64,000 nucleotides of DNA from Legionellales bacterium. Its GTDB lineage: Bacteria > Pseudomonadota > Gammaproteobacteria > JAGOUN01. The translations under genes and the position numbers were made by a program. The DNA lies in assembly GCA_027486005.1 (NCBI GenBank), contig JAIXPZ010000042.1:2894-66893 (forward strand), written 5' to 3'. Of this stretch, positions 59,325-64,000 are shown piece after piece. The notes beneath the pieces were generated by a model that did not search any database, was not told the origin of the DNA, and saw only the letters and a list, made by a program, of their open reading frames with translations. Each line of letters opens with the position of its first letter. The first letter of the stretch is position 1.

Positions 59325-59449
59325 AATGAAACCTGCTGAATTAGTGTGATTGTTTAGTCTAAGATATTGATTACTAAAATCAAAGTCGTATTTTTTTTAG
59401 GTAAGGGGGTTCCGACGCTTTCGCCTCCACAACCCCAAATACTTCAATT

Positions 59450-59737
59450 TTAATCGTCAGACTTACTGTTAACCGCTTCTTTCAACTGAGTCGCTGGCTT
59501 GAAGTTGACCACTACTGAGCGTGGGATAATCATTTCTTTTCCCGTTGATGGATTGCGGCCTTTTCTTTCTTCTCTTATTTTAGTCGCAAAGTTACCGAAT
59601 TTTGGCACAGCAATCTTATCTTGTTTAGCAAGATTCTCTGTGATTGTTTCAAATATCGCCATAAAAATGGTATCTACATCTACTTTAGTAGCGCCTGTTT
59701 TTTCTGCAATAACGGCAAGGAGTTCGGCTTTAGTCAT
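59450..59737 (-). CDS. HU/IHF-family nucleoid-associated DNA-binding protein
   Basis: MTKAELLAVIAEKTGATKVDVDTIFMAIFETITENLAKQDKIAVPKFGNFATKIREERKGRNPSTGKEMIIPRSVVVNFKPATQLKEAV is the canonical HU fold signature, including the arm RNPSTGKEMIIP. Confidence 0.9.
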   Translation of the reverse strand: MTKAELLAVIAEKTGATKVDVDTIFMAIFETITENLAKQDKIAVPKFGNFATKIREERKGRNPSTGKEMIIPRSVVVNFKPATQLKEAVNSKSDD

Positions 59738-60906
59738 CGATTATCTCTCTTTTTGTGGTTAAAAGTGAGCGCAGATCCTATCATATCTGTAGATCAACCT
59801 CATGCTCTTATTTCATTTGATCGTCTTGGAGTGAGCAATAAACAGCCATATTATTGCGTCAAGACGATCATTTTTCTTAGATTCTTTGGGCAATAAATAA
59901 GAACAACTATCCCAAATAGCTGTGTATTTTTGCTTAAAGAATCTTGCGTTTTTGTTTGAAAATTTTGGTGATAGGTCAAAAATTTGGAACAAAAAACGCT
60001 CCTATAGTAAACATGTACTTAATGATTTTGTTGCAAAGTTTAGCGCAACCTAGTCATTAAGTGGGTGTTTGCGGTTCTGGCAAAAGCGTTAGCGTTGCGA
60101 TGCGTCACTGCGATGAGCGCTTTACTAAGCGTGATATTACGCAGTGACGCAGCGAAAGCTGTTCGAAAAAGCGTTTGTAATCAACTGATTACAAACACAT
60201 GGAAGCGTGGAAAAAAACGCTCGGCGTTTTTTTGCAGTTTTTAAGCGCGGACATCAAAAAAATCCGCGCGCCTGTTGGCTGTGGAACTCGTGTGTCAAAC
60301 CGCAGGTTTGTCTACATTTCCACATATTGTGAAATTGTGAATTGCGTGCGTAAACTTTTTTTGTAAGCACCTGTTTGCAAAAAAATGTTTTCCACGCTAT
60401 TCACAATTTTTTCTAAAAAATATTGAAAAAGTAAAAGAATTCGGTAATATAAGGAAATGAGGATTACTGATGAGCGGGCGAAATTCCTGTGAAACCAGAA
60501 ATGGTCTAATCCAAACTGCTGTTATCTTAACTCTTTAGTCGTCAGCGGAGCATTTAGCTTAGAGTCATTGGGATATAAATGCAAAACTTAGCTTTTGCCA
60601 ATCGTCCTGACAAATCGTTCGCGATTTGACCTACCTTTATTTTGTTACAACTTAACATTTTGAAACTTTATTATTTAAAAATTTAACATTGACAACGGCG
60701 ATTATTTGATTGGTCTATTTTTAATCCATTTAAATTTAACATAACGAATTGTCTGACAATTAGAAGTGAAAAATTGAGTTTGGTATTGACTAAACAATTA
60801 ACGCGTAACACGACAATGGCATTGTCGCTCAAGTTATTTGAGCGACCTGCTTTAAACATTTACTGACTGATACTGTAATATTTTACTTAACACTTTAGGA
60901 ACACCT

Positions 60907-61131
60907 ATGGAAACGCTAGAAAAACTGAACATAGAAAATGACACAACTGAAGCATCGAAAAAGCAACGACTATTAAGCGACGAAACGTATCAACTATTGA
61001 TGAACACTCAAGAAACGATATTTAATGAAACTGGATTTAGGGTACCTCTTAGAAAGATATTCGATAAACTTGTTAACACGGAATCAATGCATCACATATC
61101 AAGTACATTTATTCAAAAATTTAATTCTTAA
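60907..61131 (+). CDS. Small hypothetical protein
   Basis: 74-aa ORF preceded by AGGAACACC. Possibly an excisionase/regulator-sized protein, but no motif recognised. Confidence 0.3.
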   Translation: METLEKLNIENDTTEASKKQRLLSDETYQLLMNTQETIFNETGFRVPLRKIFDKLVNTESMHHISSTFIQKFNS

Positions 61132-61298
61132 TTCACTTAAAACTTAACATTCAACACTTAAAAAAGGAGAACTTATGACTGAAACTTGTAAGCAATAAAA
61201 AAACTGAGACTTGAGCATCTTTTTAAGATGCTTACCACTTATGGGATAACTGTAACGTGGTAGCTCATTTACACTAAACTAATGTAGAGTTTGACGAA

Positions 61299-62129
61299 AT
61301 GGCATATACCATACAGCGGCCACTTGCTGAATTTAGAGAAATTCTAGCGACTTATAAACAAGGGTCACCCAGAACAAGAAACGGCTATAAGTCGGTTATT
61401 AAAGTCATTATTAAAGACTTATTCTTTTTGAAAGTGTTTTTCAATTCATTTCATGAGGTGTCTCTCGACCAGATTAATAGCCTTATTAATCATTGGAAAA
61501 AAAGAAAATTATTGAATGTGACTATTGGGAGTAGGCTTTCAATTTTACGAAAATATTTAGGATTGTTAAATCATTCAGTTCCCTTTCCATCCAATTTAGA
61601 GCTGGGCCTTACAAGAAAAAAATCAAAGTTAACGGTGGCACTTATTGCTGCTCCACTACAAATACTCGATCAAGTTGAACATCGGTTGACGAAATATATT
61701 TTGAAATTACAAATTTATTTCGGTCTTACGAAGCAGGAAGCCATAAAATTTCGAATTCAACCTTATCAGGCCGTTAAAAATGCACTGTATATATCGAAAT
61801 CAGTTTCTCATAATAACAAGGATAGATTGATCAGCCTCCATTTTCCAGAACAAGAACAGTTGCTAAGTCAACTTGCTATTGAGCTCGGGTTAAAACTCTC
61901 ACTATCTGAAAAATATGATAAGGTTACCCTTGTGAATTTATATAACACCGAACTTGTGCTTGCTAATCATTCATCGAAAACTTCATTTAGAGCGCTTTAC
62001 GCACGCAATCTTTTTGACTATCTCGTTAATCAACAGCAACTCACAAAAAAAGAAGCGCTTGTTGAAATAGCAGGGGAGATGGGGATTTCTGATTTAAAAT
62101 TGATACGGGATTGGATAAGCGATGAGTAA
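61299..62129 (+). CDS. Integrase-like (tyrosine-recombinase-fold) paralogue, probably degenerate
   Basis: Shares the block LQIYFGLTKQEAIKF with the downstream paralogue (LQKEFGLRREEAIKF). That block carries K where the downstream copy has R (candidate catalytic Arg I), so it is probably degenerate. Confidence 0.4.
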   Translation: MAYTIQRPLAEFREILATYKQGSPRTRNGYKSVIKVIIKDLFFLKVFFNSFHEVSLDQINSLINHWKKRKLLNVTIGSRLSILRKYLGLLNHSVPFPSNLELGLTRKKSKLTVALIAAPLQILDQVEHRLTKYILKLQIYFGLTKQEAIKFRIQPYQAVKNALYISKSVSHNNKDRLISLHFPEQEQLLSQLAIELGLKLSLSEKYDKVTLVNLYNTELVLANHSSKTSFRALYARNLFDYLVNQQQLTKKEALVEIAGEMGISDLKLIRDWISDE

Positions 62130-63015
62130 TACCGCGTTAGGAAGTGCTTATTATACGGCTTCTAAGACGATTAGTCGGGCAAGGCTATCGCATCAGTCTT
62201 TGAACGATTACAAAGGTATTCTGCGCCTTAGTCTGCAGCAGTTAAGTCAGTTGGGATTTAAATTACGTTCTATTGATCAACTAAAACAAAAACATGTCGA
62301 TAAACTTATTATGGGTTGGAAGGAAAGTCAGCTATCCTCTGGAACGATTAAAAATCGGCTTTCTGTTTTAAGACGTGTGACGGAACTAACGGGAAGAGAG
62401 CAAGTTATTAAAAATAATGCAGAATATCATATTGCGCCGCGACGATATTATACCGAAATATCAAAAGCAGTACATGTTATCGATTTAGATAGAATTGAAG
62501 ACCCTTATGTACGAGCGTCATTAGAATTACAAAAGGAGTTTGGTTTGCGCAGGGAGGAGGCGATTAAATTTAAGCCCCATCAAGCAGATGAAAAATTAGC
62601 CATTAGATTACAAGGTTCCTGGACAAAAGGAGGAATCCCCCGATTAATACCCATTACACGCCAATCACAACGTGAATGTTTAGATCGAATCAAGTTGTTA
62701 GTAGGTAAAAAAGATTCACTCATTCCAAAAGAACTAACCTATCGGCAACAACGTAATCGCTATGATTATTTTACAAAGAAAAATGGATATCACAAGCTTC
62801 ATGGGTTGCGCCACGCGTATGCGCAACACCGATATGAAGCAATCACGAATGAAATGACAAAAGGCTATGGTTGGAAATCACCTATTGATGGTGGGCCAAG
62901 TACATCACAGATGAATGCTTATGAAAGACACGTTGATCTACAAGCGCGACTTATGATCAGCCACGAACTCGGGCATTCGAGACTAGCCATAGTGAGGAGC
63001 TATTGTGGAAAGTAG
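62122..63015 (+). CDS. Integrase-like protein (tyrosine-recombinase catalytic-domain-like)
   Basis: GLRREEAIKF (candidate Arg I). HGLRHAYAQHRY (H-x-x-R box). A C-terminal Tyr lies in RLAIVRSYCGK. Start overlaps the upstream paralogue's stop. Confidence 0.45.
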   Translation: MSNTALGSAYYTASKTISRARLSHQSLNDYKGILRLSLQQLSQLGFKLRSIDQLKQKHVDKLIMGWKESQLSSGTIKNRLSVLRRVTELTGREQVIKNNAEYHIAPRRYYTEISKAVHVIDLDRIEDPYVRASLELQKEFGLRREEAIKFKPHQADEKLAIRLQGSWTKGGIPRLIPITRQSQRECLDRIKLLVGKKDSLIPKELTYRQQRNRYDYFTKKNGYHKLHGLRHAYAQHRYEAITNEMTKGYGWKSPIDGGPSTSQMNAYERHVDLQARLMISHELGHSRLAIVRSYCGK

Positions 63016-63271
63016 TTGGGCCAAATTACCATTATCTGTTGTTTTTAATATCAAGCTCGATGATTTTTTCATGATAAATCTTGTATTGCGATTTGTTACG
63101 GTATAAGTGAAAAATAATCAGACATATTTTTTAAAATTTGATGACCCCATAACCTCAGTTATCGGACCACAACTACGATAATGTTTTTTATTTTATCATT
63201 ATATATTTATAAAATGTCTGTTTTAGCAAAAGCAAATTACGTTTTAGGGGCAGAAATGTAATCGCTCCCTG

Positions 63272-63668
63272 AGTTACACTTTTAGACCGCTTTTGGAGTT
63301 GGAGCCAGAAATTTTCCTATTCATTATTTCAAAATCATCAAGGTAATAAATTTACACGCGCCGGTATAAATTATATACTTCAAAAATACGAACGTAAGGT
63401 ACAAGAAATTTATCCGCATTTTAAGCAGACTATCAGTCCGCATACGCTACGGCATACAAAGGGTATGCACTTACTGCAAGGAGGCGTTTCTTTAGATATA
63501 ATTCGTGATTTCTTGGGTCATGTAGACATTAAAACAACAGAAATTTATGCAAGAGCCAATCTTGAGATGAAACGTGCAGCACTTGAAAAAGTAAGTACAA
63601 CACAAACGCCTAAACTGCCTTCCTGGAAAGAAAATAAGTCGTTATTGCAATGGCTACAATCGTTATAG
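63272..63668 (+). pseudogene. Truncated tyrosine recombinase: C-terminal catalytic ~130 aa only, no start codon
   Basis: Open frame after TGA at 63269-63271 encodes ...ISPHTLRHTKGMHLLQGGVSLDIIRDFLGHVDIKTTEIYARANLE. This is a XerC/D-like HxxR...LLGH...T..Y box. There is no ATG until 63465 and no N-terminal core-binding domain upstream in any frame. Confidence 0.6.
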
Positions 63669-63872
63669 AATAACGTATACGTTGCTCTAATCGCGGCCCA
63701 CAAATAAATCTTAGAATGCCCAGCGTTTTCAGTGCTATTTTTGCTCATTTTGAAGCAATATTTTCTACGATTTGCAATTAACGCATTATTTTTTTATACC
63801 TTCATATTTATTTAATGTTTCAGTGTAAGAATGCTGAAAATTGCTCTCTAGAAAATTAAAAGGTGAAGCAGT

Positions 63873-64000
63873 ATGGATCCAGTTAGTATAGCAAGTGCCA
63901 TAGTCAAATTAGCGCAAGAAATATATCGTTTAGTGAATTTGGCGGAGAGCAACCAAAAAAAACTAAAAACATTAGCAAAAACCATTGAGCAAACTATCAC
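63873..64000 (+). CDS. Partial CDS running off the window end, hypothetical
   Basis: ATG at 63873 preceded by AAAAGGTGAAG. Open through 64000 (MDPVSIASAIVKLAQEIYRLVNLAESNQKKLKTLAKTIEQTI...). Confidence 0.3.
   Translation, partial: MDPVSIASAIVKLAQEIYRLVNLAESNQKKLKTLAKTIEQTI

Noticed and set aside
59390-59450. GGGGTTGTGGAGGCGAAAGCGTCGGAACCCC hairpin after the HU gene as an intrinsic terminator
   Set aside because: On the HU (minus) strand the hairpin is followed by an A-run, not a U-run. The T-run precedes it on the plus strand. It may be a terminator for another transcript or only a structural element.

Overview
This window is AT-rich and looks like a gamma-proteobacterial, Legionellales-like accessory region; the taxon is a guess from ankyrin, Sel1 and giant eukaryotic-like proteins. 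It is a mosaic, most probably an integrative/conjugative element (ICE) or large conjugative island. Reading left to right: (1) cargo: a partial ankyrin-repeat protein, an Abi_2 abortive-infection gene translationally coupled to a tyrosine recombinase, a trypsin-like-protease-domain protein and a 2087-aa Sel1/coiled-coil/TM giant. (2) A complete Type I R-M operon on the minus strand, hsdM-(55-aa ORF)-hsdS-[Abi_C/HEPN-like protein + 2-TM protein]-[AlbA_2/HATPase_c_4]-hsdR, with overlapping stop/start codons. (3) An endonuclease-less group II intron, about 1.85 kb. (4) About 30 copies of an 11-bp iteron, then a type-Ia-like parA and a winged-helix gene that carries more iteron copies inside its coding sequence. 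(5) An MTA/SAH-nucleosidase-like gene plus a YhhQ/DUF165-like transporter. (6) A CI/LexA-like repressor divergent from an orphan receiver whose phospho-acceptor Asp is replaced by Asn. (7) A genomic-island-type T4SS cluster (ICEHin1056/PFGI-1-like: RAQPRD protein, small pilin-like membrane proteins, TraC/VirB4 ATPase, TraG-N-like, TraD coupling protein) followed by topoisomerase III. (8) A module of small paralogous genes, each preceded by a conserved double-hairpin leader that occludes the SD, followed by a lysine-rich H1-like protein and HU; the module lies between two ~110-bp direct repeats. (9) A palindrome-dense intergenic region (candidate oriT/ori), two tandem integrase-like paralogs and a truncated integrase remnant. 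No rRNA, tRNA or CRISPR was recognised. All family assignments are from motif reading by eye and should be confirmed by HMM or BLAST searches.
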